Source: an uncultured bacterium
Lineage (GTDB): Bacteria; Fidelibacterota; Marinisomatia; Marinisomatales; JACNKV01
DNA length: 64,000 nt
Direction of reading: 5' to 3'
NCBI GenBank assembly: GCA_964645915.1
Contig: CAZYDH010000004.1
Coordinates: 7,224 to 71,223, forward strand
Part shown: positions 8,140-17,468 of the stretch, piece by piece
Layout: every line of letters begins with the position of its first letter
Numbering within the stretch: the stretch's first letter is position 1
The notes under the pieces: model-generated
Told to the model about the DNA's origin: nothing
Seen by the model: only the letters and a program-made list of their open reading frames with translations
The model's database searches: none
Translations under genes and position numbers: made by a program

Positions 8140-10383
8140 TTATTGAGCGTCATTTACTGCAATGGCTGTCATATTGACAACATCTTCAACCGTACTTTCA
8201 GAGAACTGGAGTAAATGAACGGGTTTTGAAAGCCCCAGTAAAATCGGACCGATTGCTTTTGCATCAGCCAATTGCTTTAGTAGTTTGTATGCAATGTTTC
8301 CTGACGTCAAATCCGGGAAAATCAACACATTAGCTTCTTCTTGAAGTTTTGAGAACGGAAAATGCTCCTGAAGAAGTCTTGTGGAAACCGCTACATCAGC
8401 ATGCATTTCACCATCAACGATCAAATCAGGCGCTTTTTCCCAAACAATCTTAACCGCATCCTTTACTTTTTTAGACCATGGATGCGAAACACTCCCAAAG
8501 TTACTTGGACTAATCAGAGCAACTCGAGGGTCGATACCAAGTTTTTTTGCTTCATCAGCGGCTAAGATAGTTATTTCAGCCAACGCCTCTGCATCCGATT
8601 CAATATTGACCGTTACATCTGCAAAGAGTTTTATTTTATCTTTCAAGGCTAAAATATACATACCGGCTACGCGTGATATTCCCTCGCGAGGTTTCAGCAT
8701 CTGTAAGGCAGGTCTTAACGTGTCCGGATAATTTTGTGCTATTCCTGAAACCATTCCATCTGCATCTCCCATTTGGACCATCATCGGACCAAAATAATTT
8801 GTTCGTTTCATTAGTTCACATGCTCTTCTTCTTGTGACACCTTTTCGTTGCCGCATGCGATAAAATTCCATGCAATAATCTGCATGTAGAGGACTCTTAT
8901 TTGGCTTGATAATTTCCACACCCTCTAATGAAATATGTAATCTTTCAGCATTTTCTTTGATGATATCAGGATTACCTAACAAAATGGGGTTTGCAATACC
9001 TTCTGATACAATTTGACTACTGGCACGAATGATTCTATCACTTTCTCCTTCAGGGAATACAATTCGTTTTGGATTTTTTCTGGCTTTGTTTATGATACTA
9101 CGCATCAATTCTCGACTTTTCCCCAATCGCGCTTCTAACCTATCTCGGTACTCTTGAATATCGATCGTTTGTCCCGCGACTCCAGAATCCATGGCAGCTT
9201 TTGCAACCGCTGAAGCTTCCCAAATTAACACTCTCGGATCGAAAGGTTTTGGAATAATATATTCCCGACCAAACTCCAAATGATCCAATCCATATGCATC
9301 AATGACTTCATCCGGAACATCTTCTTTCGCCAATTCTGCTAATGCGATTGACGCCGCAACTTTCATCTCATCATTGATTGCAAGAGCATGTACATCCAAT
9401 GCTCCTCGGAAAATAAAAGGGAAACCCAACACGTTGTTAACTTGATTTGGATAATCAGAACGCCCTGTAGCCATAATAACATCTTCTCTTGCAGCTGTGG
9501 CATCAGGATAGGTGATTTCAGGGTCAGGATTTGCCATTGCAAAAACGATAGGATTATCTGCCATAGAACGAATCATTTCTTTCGTAACCAATCCGGCACG
9601 CGAAAGTCCAACAAATACATCTGCTCCGACCATAGCTTCTTCAATGGTTCGAAGATCGGTTTCAACTGCAAATTGTTCCTTATATTTATTCATCCCTTCT
9701 TTTCTGCCTTTAAAGACAACACCTTTGCTATCACACAAGATCACATTTTCACGTTTTAAACCAAACCGCAGGTAATGAGTTGCGCATGCAATTGCGGAGG
9801 CACCTGCACCACTCACGATCAAACGTAGATCTTCAATGTTTTTTTCAGCTAATTCCGCTGCATTCACCAAGGCAGCTGCAGAAATAATCGCCGTTCCATG
9901 CTGATCATCATGAAAAACCGGAATATCCATTTCATCGATCAATCGCTCTTCAATTTCAAAACACTCCGGAGCTTTTATGTCTTCTAAGTTTATTCCTCCA
10001 AAAGTAGGTTCCATTAATTTTACGGCTTCAATAAACTTTTCAACATCATGTGTATCTAACTCAATATCAAATACATCAATATCTGCAAATCGTTTAAATA
10101 AGACACCTTTTCCTTCCATAACCGGCTTCCCGGCAAGAGCTCCAATATCTCCTAAGCCCAAAACCGCTGTACCATTTGATATTACAGCAACTAAATTTGA
10201 TTTAGCGGTATATAAATTTGCCTTGGATGGATCGGCTTCAATTTCACGGCATGGTTCGGCTACTCCAGGCGTATAAGCCATAGATAGATCGTCTTGTGTA
10301 ATACATGGTTTTGTAGAAACGACTTCAATCTTTCCCGGACGTTTATTTTGATGATATTCGAGAGCTTGTTTTTTTGTAATCAT
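8140..10383 (-). CDS. maeB: NADP-dependent malic enzyme with a C-terminal phosphate acetyltransferase-like domain
   Basis: 747 aa. The N-terminal malic enzyme blocks (YTPGVA, NGTAVLGLGDIG, FGGINLEDI) and PTA-like C-terminal half are the typical MaeB architecture. Confidence 0.9.
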   Translation of the reverse strand: MITKKQALEYHQNKRPGKIEVVSTKPCITQDDLSMAYTPGVAEPCREIEADPSKANLYTAKSNLVAVISNGTAVLGLGDIGALAGKPVMEGKGVLFKRFADIDVFDIELDTHDVEKFIEAVKLMEPTFGGINLEDIKAPECFEIEERLIDEMDIPVFHDDQHGTAIISAAALVNAAELAEKNIEDLRLIVSGAGASAIACATHYLRFGLKRENVILCDSKGVVFKGRKEGMNKYKEQFAVETDLRTIEEAMVGADVFVGLSRAGLVTKEMIRSMADNPIVFAMANPDPEITYPDATAAREDVIMATGRSDYPNQVNNVLGFPFIFRGALDVHALAINDEMKVAASIALAELAKEDVPDEVIDAYGLDHLEFGREYIIPKPFDPRVLIWEASAVAKAAMDSGVAGQTIDIQEYRDRLEARLGKSRELMRSIINKARKNPKRIVFPEGESDRIIRASSQIVSEGIANPILLGNPDIIKENAERLHISLEGVEIIKPNKSPLHADYCMEFYRMRQRKGVTRRRACELMKRTNYFGPMMVQMGDADGMVSGIAQNYPDTLRPALQMLKPREGISRVAGMYILALKDKIKLFADVTVNIESDAEALAEITILAADEAKKLGIDPRVALISPSNFGSVSHPWSKKVKDAVKIVWEKAPDLIVDGEMHADVAVSTRLLQEHFPFSKLQEEANVLIFPDLTSGNIAYKLLKQLADAKAIGPILLGLSKPVHLLQFSESTVEDVVNMTAIAVNDAQ

Positions 10384-10603
10384 GATGGGGATTCTCCTGC
10401 AATATTAAATGATGTAGAATTTGGATATAGAAAGGAATAGGCTGGGATGTAAATATGATTGATTAAGTATTCCATTTGACCGTAACGTTACTATTTTGAA
10501 CCATTAATAAGAAAAAATATCTCGTTTTTCCTTAGATTTCCCTTACTATTACTTGCGTAAATTTAGACTGACAATTTTATGCAATGCCAGAAAAACATAA
10601 AAA

Positions 10604-10619
10604 AAGACAAATTTGTCTT
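10604..10619. promoter_or_regulatory. Perfect 16-nt palindrome AAGACAAATTTGTCTT, a candidate operator in the maeB / BPL-like divergent intergenic region
   Basis: Read directly from the sequence. It lies about 55 nt upstream of the ATG at 10674. Confidence 0.25.
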
Positions 10620-10673
10620 GTTTAAATTGTTGTGACTAAATTAATAAATATTTGATCACTAATAACTAAATAT

Positions 10674-11600
10674 ATGATCATTATAACTGAACACAAAACT
10701 TACTCAGAACATCTACTAGGGAAAGAAATCAACTGGATACCTGTCAAGTCAGATATCCCAAATAGTATTCTTTCATTATCTAAAAACCTTTTTCCAAAGA
10801 ATAATATTTTTTTCGGTGAAACCACAATTTTAAATCACTGGGATTTTGGTTTTATTACTGAACATTCTGAACAATCACAATATGATCTTTTAATTGAATC
10901 TGCTCGAACAGAAAAAGACCTACCTGATAACATATTTTGCTTCGCAGGATCCGGAGATAATTTTCATGGATTTAAAAACCGATCATGGGTTGCAAAATCA
11001 GGGAACATCCATTTATCAGTATTGTTTGCTCCAAATGCATCAATCAAACGATTTCCTGCCATTTTTCAGGCATTGCCTGCGGTCTCTGTTGCTCAAGCGA
11101 TCGATGAAATACCTTCTCTTAAAGGCAAATCCTTTATAAAATGGGTAAATGATATTTTAATTAATGATTCGAAAATCGGTGGAGTTTTAGCACATTCGCT
11201 CACAGCCGGTAATATCGTCAATTATTCCATTTTAGGGATTGGTAGTAACGTTAATACTATTCCCAATATAGTTAGAGATAAATTCACTCCAAAAGTTGGA
11301 GCGATAAACGAAATTATTTCTCCTGACAGCATACAACATCAATCACTTCTTCTTTCTATTCTGGAAAAATTAATGAACAACTATCAGAATTTACTCTCTA
11401 CTTCATCAGAAGCAATCCTTAACTTTTACAAAAACAGATTAGCGTATAAAGGAAAGATTATCAGAATAATCAATGATGAGGGAAACCTAATCGCAGAAGG
11501 CAAACTGGTCGGAGTAAACCAAAATCTTGAACTAATTCTTGAAGGACGTCCACAACCTATCCATATGGGAAGGCTGATTTTTATGAATACAGATAAGTAG
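10674..11600 (+). CDS. Biotin/lipoate protein ligase family protein (BirA-like, atypical glycine-rich loop)
   Basis: KWVNDILINDSKIGGVL matches the KWPND...GIL catalytic block. The canonical GRGRxGRxW loop is replaced by GSGDNFHGFKNRSW. No obvious N-terminal HTH. Confidence 0.55.
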   Translation: MIIITEHKTYSEHLLGKEINWIPVKSDIPNSILSLSKNLFPKNNIFFGETTILNHWDFGFITEHSEQSQYDLLIESARTEKDLPDNIFCFAGSGDNFHGFKNRSWVAKSGNIHLSVLFAPNASIKRFPAIFQALPAVSVAQAIDEIPSLKGKSFIKWVNDILINDSKIGGVLAHSLTAGNIVNYSILGIGSNVNTIPNIVRDKFTPKVGAINEIISPDSIQHQSLLLSILEKLMNNYQNLLSTSSEAILNFYKNRLAYKGKIIRIINDEGNLIAEGKLVGVNQNLELILEGRPQPIHMGRLIFMNTDK

Positions 11601-11648
11601 ATACTCCATGGAGTTTAATATACATTTAAAAAATAAATCTTTCGTATT

Positions 11649-12764
11649 CTATTCTGGGTGATTAAAGTGGGTCCCTTCTTTATACAAACGTTCAATTTCT
11701 GTTTTTACCCGTTCGGAAGCCTTTCCATCTAATTTGTAGAAATAGTAATCCCGATCCTTTTTTGCTGCTTCAATCATCTCTTTGGTTGGATGTAATGCTT
11801 TTTGAATTCCTTCTTTAAGTTCATCGGGATGGGATAAATGAACAAATGAATCTTTAAGAAATGTTCGATTATCAATGGTTAAAAGAGGTTCTCCATCGCT
11901 ATGTTTTAATAATTCATGATTCAAATCAAATATTACACCAATTTTTCCGGTTGCTAAAAATTCTGTCACAGCACCTGAGGCTTCAGAAACTAAAGTATCT
12001 GCCGCTGTCATTAATGGAAGAATACTATATTGATCAGGAGGAATAATCACTGCATGAGAATATTTTAAAATACGTCGTTCAAAGATTCTATGTTGACTGT
12101 GCCTGGCAAATTTCCCTCGCCAGGCGTAATGGTGTAGTTTTATAATGAGGTTGTAATTTTTGGTTGCTTCAAAGATAGCATCTTTCAGTTCATATGCACA
12201 AGTAGGCTTATAAGTTGGAGCAAATAATATGGTTTTTTTCTTTGGGTCTAATCCGAGGGATGATATTATCTTTTCTCGATCATTGTCCTTATTTTTGAAA
12301 TAAGTATCCAGTTTGGGGTATCCAACTTTATATACTTCAGATTGAAACAAACTTCCCGATTTATGCAATTGTTGCACTGAAAAATCCCCTTCAGCAAAAA
12401 TCATATATCGACCGGTCTTGTGTTTCTTTAATTCTCTAAATGTAACTGTTTTTGTAAAGGTGATTCCATGATAAACAAGACAAAGCAATGTTTGTCCATA
12501 ATCAGATTCCCTGACAACATCCGGAACAATTACAATATTAAATTTTTCTTTTTCATCAGAAATACGATATCCCTGTGATTCAAATTCTTTTAAATATTTA
12601 TAAGATAATTTTTTCGTAAATATACCAAAGACTCTTTTATTTTCATCGGTCAACGATAGGGCAACGTCATAACGAGGGTCCTTCTTGAACACTTCGATTA
12701 ACGAATCATAAGCCGTTTTGTGATATAAATAAAACATTTTGAATAAAATTTTTATTTTACTCAA
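11649..12764 (-). CDS. CDP-glycerol glycerophosphotransferase (TagB/TagF) family protein
   Basis: 371 aa. VGYPKLD, ILFAPTYKP, IIKLHH and SEASGAVTEF blocks match the Glyphos_transf pattern (GYPxxD / LYAPTxR / KxHP / SSxxxE). Confidence 0.7.
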   Translation of the reverse strand: MSKIKILFKMFYLYHKTAYDSLIEVFKKDPRYDVALSLTDENKRVFGIFTKKLSYKYLKEFESQGYRISDEKEKFNIVIVPDVVRESDYGQTLLCLVYHGITFTKTVTFRELKKHKTGRYMIFAEGDFSVQQLHKSGSLFQSEVYKVGYPKLDTYFKNKDNDREKIISSLGLDPKKKTILFAPTYKPTCAYELKDAIFEATKNYNLIIKLHHYAWRGKFARHSQHRIFERRILKYSHAVIIPPDQYSILPLMTAADTLVSEASGAVTEFLATGKIGVIFDLNHELLKHSDGEPLLTIDNRTFLKDSFVHLSHPDELKEGIQKALHPTKEMIEAAKKDRDYYFYKLDGKASERVKTEIERLYKEGTHFNHPE

Positions 12765-12767
12765 CGA

Positions 12768-13835
12768 TTACCGCTCCCATTTTTTTATCATCTGTCTAAT
12801 TTGCCATTTTCTAATAAAGTTCTTTGGTTTGGTTTTTAAAGTTTTATGGATTCCAGAACCTAAGATATTATTTATTTCTTCAATGACTCTTGATGCTGAT
12901 AGACCATCGGTATAAGGATGAATTTCATCTAAATATTGCAAACGATTATTCATGAATTCATCAGGATTTATTAGAGATCGTTCAATAGCGCCGTGCAAGT
13001 CATCCTTAGAATTGATATTTATTCCTTTATCTTTTCTTGCAATCGCTTTATAAGTAATAATGGGTTTATTCAAAACAAGATATTCATAAGCAACCGAAGA
13101 GGTATCGGTTATAAGAACATCTGCAATTTGCAAATATGGAAGAATATTTACATCGTTAATAATGGTTACATTTTGATTGCTTAATTCACAGTATTGCTGT
13201 TGTATTTTTTCATCCAATAGAGTGTGGAATTTCAATAAAATCTGATATGGAGCTTCTTTCAGTTTTGAAAAAGCAGGCAATAAATCCGGCGCGGATGTAT
13301 ATTTTGGTGGAAAGGTTGGAGCATATAATATGATGGGTTTTTTGGTGGAAAGATTGAGTTTTTCCATCATTTGTTGATTGATATTTTCCTTGTTAGAGAA
13401 CTGTGAAAACAAAGGGTCTAATTTAGCCCAACCGGTTTCACGAACAAAAAAGTGTCCATGTTGTTTTGCCAGACGATTGAAACCGTCTGTAGTATTTGGT
13501 CCAAATGTACAATATAAATCAAAGAATCCTGTAATACGATAAAACCCTTTAGGTTCATCATCTAACCCGTGAAAAATCTGTACCTTGAGTCCAGGCCAAA
13601 AATCGGGAACTATATTACCGGGTACAATCACTGCATCCGGATTAAAATTGATTACATCGGAAGATGTAAGCAATTTCTTACCTGGGACAGGGTAATCTTT
13701 TGCTGTACTACCAGTAAACCAGCAAACTTTACCACAATGATTTTTGTTAATAAATTTCTGAATAGGCTCTAATATCGAAAATGAATATGGTTTTGTTACA
13801 AAAAATAGATATTTATATAATGGAGAATTCATCAT
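12768..13835 (-). CDS. CDP-glycerol glycerophosphotransferase (TagB/TagF) family protein, paralog
   Basis: 355 aa. GWAKLDPLF, ILYAPTFPP, LLKFHTLL and ITDTSSVAYEYL blocks. There is a 3-nt gap to each neighbouring gene. Confidence 0.7.
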   Translation of the reverse strand: MMNSPLYKYLFFVTKPYSFSILEPIQKFINKNHCGKVCWFTGSTAKDYPVPGKKLLTSSDVINFNPDAVIVPGNIVPDFWPGLKVQIFHGLDDEPKGFYRITGFFDLYCTFGPNTTDGFNRLAKQHGHFFVRETGWAKLDPLFSQFSNKENINQQMMEKLNLSTKKPIILYAPTFPPKYTSAPDLLPAFSKLKEAPYQILLKFHTLLDEKIQQQYCELSNQNVTIINDVNILPYLQIADVLITDTSSVAYEYLVLNKPIITYKAIARKDKGININSKDDLHGAIERSLINPDEFMNNRLQYLDEIHPYTDGLSASRVIEEINNILGSGIHKTLKTKPKNFIRKWQIRQMIKKWER

Positions 13836-13838
13836 TCA

Positions 13839-14933
13839 CTAATATATTTCTTCCAATAGTTTATGCACCTGATATTTTGTAAGATTAACGATGTTATTAT
13901 CCATTCTTCCTTTAGTAAACGACTGATCAGTCAAGTCTTGTACATCTGATTTTTTTACTCCCCATTCTTGCAAGGAAACTTTTAATGTGCTTCCGGGGAT
14001 TTGTTTTAAACATTGTTCAAAATTAGAGAAACTATCAATACCTGTTTTTCTCATAATAATTGTTAATTCCTGTTCAATTGCATGTCTGTTTATTTGCAAT
14101 AATGGAATCAAAGGAAGTGAACAAGCAACACCATGCGGAATTCCAAAACGAATTGTTAGTGGATAACTGATAGAATGAGCCGCTGCAGTTTTCGTATTTG
14201 AAAATGCTAATCCTGCTAAATTAGAAGCTCGTAGTAATATATTTCTTAATTCAATATCTTGAGGGGTTTCTTTAAACTTAGTAATCGTTATTAAAATCAA
14301 ACAAATGGCTTCAATTGCATACTCTGTTGATTTTTTATTAGCATTTTTATTCCAAATAGCTTCAAAACTATGACTTAACGCATCCAAAGTTGTCGATAAA
14401 GAAATATGCAGGGGTAAGCTCAGTGTTAGTGTCCCATCCAAGATTGCTATATCAGGATAAAGATCGGGATGAGAAATTGAGTATTTTTTCTTTTCATTCA
14501 TATCCCATACTGTTGCCCACATCGTCACTTCGCTTCCTGTTCCGTGCGTAGTGGGGATGAAAACTCCCGGAACCCGATTAGCATACGGTGAGGTGATCGC
14601 CAATAATTTATTTAAATCTGTGATGTTTGTACCCATGGAGGCCATTACGACCTTTGCTGTATCCATAACCGAACCACCTCCAATTGCAACTACTCCATCA
14701 AAATTATTGGTTTTGCTAAACAGTACCGCTTTAAGGCAACTATCAAAGGTTGGATTCGATCCTATGTCACTAAAAATGATATTTTTATCAAATTCTGTAT
14801 TCAATTTTTGTAGATGTCTAATCTCAGGGGATGTAATAATCAAAGGGTTTTTCATGTTGAGTTCGCTTAGCTTCTCAAACAACGTGTTGACCCACTGATT
14901 GGTTTCTACGACATTTGTTGGATTAAAATACAC
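13839..14933 (-). CDS. Iron-containing (group III) alcohol dehydrogenase, phosphonoacetaldehyde reductase-like
   Basis: 364 aa with GGGSVMDTAK and His-rich metal-ligand blocks (LDALSHSFEA, AAAHSISYPL, GIPHG). It sits directly downstream of ppd/pepM. Confidence 0.7.
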   Translation of the reverse strand: MYFNPTNVVETNQWVNTLFEKLSELNMKNPLIITSPEIRHLQKLNTEFDKNIIFSDIGSNPTFDSCLKAVLFSKTNNFDGVVAIGGGSVMDTAKVVMASMGTNITDLNKLLAITSPYANRVPGVFIPTTHGTGSEVTMWATVWDMNEKKKYSISHPDLYPDIAILDGTLTLSLPLHISLSTTLDALSHSFEAIWNKNANKKSTEYAIEAICLILITITKFKETPQDIELRNILLRASNLAGLAFSNTKTAAAHSISYPLTIRFGIPHGVACSLPLIPLLQINRHAIEQELTIIMRKTGIDSFSNFEQCLKQIPGSTLKVSLQEWGVKKSDVQDLTDQSFTKGRMDNNIVNLTKYQVHKLLEEIY

Positions 14934-14953
14934 GAATTATCTGACAGTTTTTT

Positions 14954-16093
14954 TTATTTATTTTGAATGTATTTAATAAAGGCTTTTTTATTCTCGACAG
15001 GTTTAATAGTAGGACGTCCTAAATCCTCTCTCGATCCGGGTTTTACAATTACTTCTAAAAAATTAGGTCCATGTTCATTGTTTTTCAAAAACTCTATCCC
15101 TTTGGTTTTAAGGTCTTTCTCACTATTTATTGATAAGACATTTTTATATCCATTAGCTAAAACAAGACCTGAAATGTCAATATGATCAGCTGATGTTGCC
15201 TGACCCCCAACGGATTCATGAACTTGATTGTTAATCAAAATATGAAAAAAGTTTCTCGGATGTAATTTTCCTACGGTTGATAGGCTTCCCATATGCATGA
15301 TAAGGGCTCCGTCTCCATCAATACAAATGACTTTTCTATCTGAATTGGATATGGCAATTCCCAAAGCAATCGATGAGCAATGTCCCATGGAACCTACTGT
15401 AAGAAAATCCTTGCAATGAGGTTCGCCATTTTTGTGTCTAATCTCAAAAATCTCACGAGAAGTTTTTCCGGTAGTTGAAACAATAATTGCATCGTCAGAA
15501 AATGAACCTAATAAGATGTTCAATGCATTTTCTCGTGTCATCATTTTTGGATTGTCTGATGAAGGGTTTACTCGATATGGCTCGAATGTTCCTTTTTTAA
15601 TCACGAATACAAAGGGTCGGTTTTCAAATGTTGCTTTTTCAATTCCCTTCGCGATTTTTGCATCAACATCCTGTTCATCTTTAGATATAATTGAATAAGG
15701 CAAATCCAAAGATTTTAATAAATCAAGCTGGACTTCTCCTTGTTTAACATGTTGAGGTTCATCTTTTACGCCTGGTTCTCCTCGCCAACCTACGATAAGG
15801 AGCATCGGGATCGAATACACATCAGGGTCACATAACGATAAAAGTGGATTTACAGCATTTCCTAATCCTGAATTTTGCATATAAACGAGTGGGATTTTGT
15901 TTGTTCCAAGATAATATCCTGAGGCCAAAGCAATGGCATTACCTTCATTTGCAGCGGTAATATGATGTTCGTTGTCCACATTATCATCAATGCAAAGACA
16001 AAAATGCTTTAATAACGAATCCGGGACACCGGTGAAGAAATCAATCCCTTTTTCTGTCAGACTTTTGTAAAACTGTAAAGGATCAATGCTCAT
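14954..16093 (-). CDS. ppd: Phosphonopyruvate decarboxylase (ThDP-dependent)
   Basis: 379 aa. The N-terminal FFTGVPDSLLK block is typical of Ppd/AepY, and the ThDP motif is GDGALIMHMGSL...NN. It shares a 1-nt TAATG overlap with pepM. Confidence 0.85.
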   Translation of the reverse strand: MSIDPLQFYKSLTEKGIDFFTGVPDSLLKHFCLCIDDNVDNEHHITAANEGNAIALASGYYLGTNKIPLVYMQNSGLGNAVNPLLSLCDPDVYSIPMLLIVGWRGEPGVKDEPQHVKQGEVQLDLLKSLDLPYSIISKDEQDVDAKIAKGIEKATFENRPFVFVIKKGTFEPYRVNPSSDNPKMMTRENALNILLGSFSDDAIIVSTTGKTSREIFEIRHKNGEPHCKDFLTVGSMGHCSSIALGIAISNSDRKVICIDGDGALIMHMGSLSTVGKLHPRNFFHILINNQVHESVGGQATSADHIDISGLVLANGYKNVLSINSEKDLKTKGIEFLKNNEHGPNFLEVIVKPGSREDLGRPTIKPVENKKAFIKYIQNK

Positions 16094-17394
16094 TAGTATT
16101 CCTCTGGAATTAATGTTAATATTTCCTTAATCGGCATACAATATTCCTTGGAAGCTTCTAAACAACGATCATGCTTGAGAATAGTCTCTGCAGTTTTAAC
16201 CATAGACGGATATGCACTACGGACAAGATGGTTACCATAAATTACAATATTAACCCCCAAATCTTTGAGGTCGGTTTCTGTCATATGAGCAAATGTTGAA
16301 GGAACAACTACCAGAGGAACTTGTTTTTCAAATGATTGAAATTCTCGGCAAAATTCTTTAATCTCATTACCATCCTTTTCTTTACTATGGATCATGATAC
16401 CATCTGCTCCAGCATCAATATATGCTTTAGCTCTTGTTAAAGCATCTTCCATTCCATTCTTAAGTATTAAACTTTCAATCCGAGCAATGATCATAAAATC
16501 ATTTGTTACTAATGCTTTTTTACCGGTTTTAATTTTTTCCGAAAAATGCTCAATTGTGTCTTGTTCTTGAACGACATCGGTTCCAAATAATGAGTTTCGT
16601 TTTATACCAACTTTATCTTCAATTATGACAGCTGAAACACCCAAACGCTCTAAGGTTCGAACCCTAAACCGGAAATGCTCTATTTTTCCTCCGGTATCGC
16701 CATCCACTATAATGGGTTTAGTTGTAACTTCCAGTATTTCTTCTATTGTCTGGAATCTTGAAGAAAAATCTACAATTTCTGTATCTGGCTTACCTTTTGA
16801 AGTAGAAACAGTTAAACTACTTAACCATATTCCGTCAAATTCTTTCCTTACCCCACTATTTTCGATTTTTGCTTTTTCTACTATAAGACCCGTTAGGCCA
16901 TTATGCGCCTCAAGAATTCTTAATGTAGATTTCGCATTCAACAGTCTTTTTAACGATTTCAACCGAACATTTGGTGTGATACCCTTTTCTTTTAAGGTGT
17001 TAATTAATTGAGTAGACGATATCCCATCTGTATATTTAATTTCGACAAGTCTTCCACCCCATTCATTCAGTGCATCAATGACCCTTTGCCGAGTCTCTCG
17101 CTGGACACCTGTTTTCCAATCGTCCCCATGAACTACATAATCGGGTTTTATTTTTCTGAGATTGGGAACATAATCGAGGGACTCTTGTGAAATTACTTCA
17201 TGAACTCCTTTTATATTTTCAACAATGAGCTTCCTTTGTTTAAAAGGGATAAGAGGAAGTCGTTTATAACTTGCAATGGCTGCATCCGTCAACAACCCTA
17301 TAATCACGTCACCTAATTTTTTTGCTTCATTTATTATATTTAGATGCCCATGATGGATTAAATCTGCTGACATCCCTACATAAACCTTCTTCAT
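16093..17394 (-). CDS. pepM: Fused cytidylyltransferase (HxGH type) / phosphoenolpyruvate mutase
   Basis: 433 aa. The N-terminal ~130 aa is [15 protein letters not shown] (HxGH nucleotidyltransferase, TagD-like). The C-terminal domain carries the PepM-diagnostic EDKxxxxxNS motif ([10 protein letters not shown]). Confidence 0.9.
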   Translation of the reverse strand: MKKVYVGMSADLIHHGHLNIINEAKKLGDVIIGLLTDAAIASYKRLPLIPFKQRKLIVENIKGVHEVISQESLDYVPNLRKIKPDYVVHGDDWKTGVQRETRQRVIDALNEWGGRLVEIKYTDGISSTQLINTLKEKGITPNVRLKSLKRLLNAKSTLRILEAHNGLTGLIVEKAKIENSGVRKEFDGIWLSSLTVSTSKGKPDTEIVDFSSRFQTIEEILEVTTKPIIVDGDTGGKIEHFRFRVRTLERLGVSAVIIEDKVGIKRNSLFGTDVVQEQDTIEHFSEKIKTGKKALVTNDFMIIARIESLILKNGMEDALTRAKAYIDAGADGIMIHSKEKDGNEIKEFCREFQSFEKQVPLVVVPSTFAHMTETDLKDLGVNIVIYGNHLVRSAYPSMVKTAETILKHDRCLEASKEYCMPIKEILTLIPEEY

Positions 17395-17468
17395 TTTTTT
17401 CTCCGTTTCATTTCACATAATAGTATACATGAAATATATTATGACTTATTATATAAACAATTTAAGGA

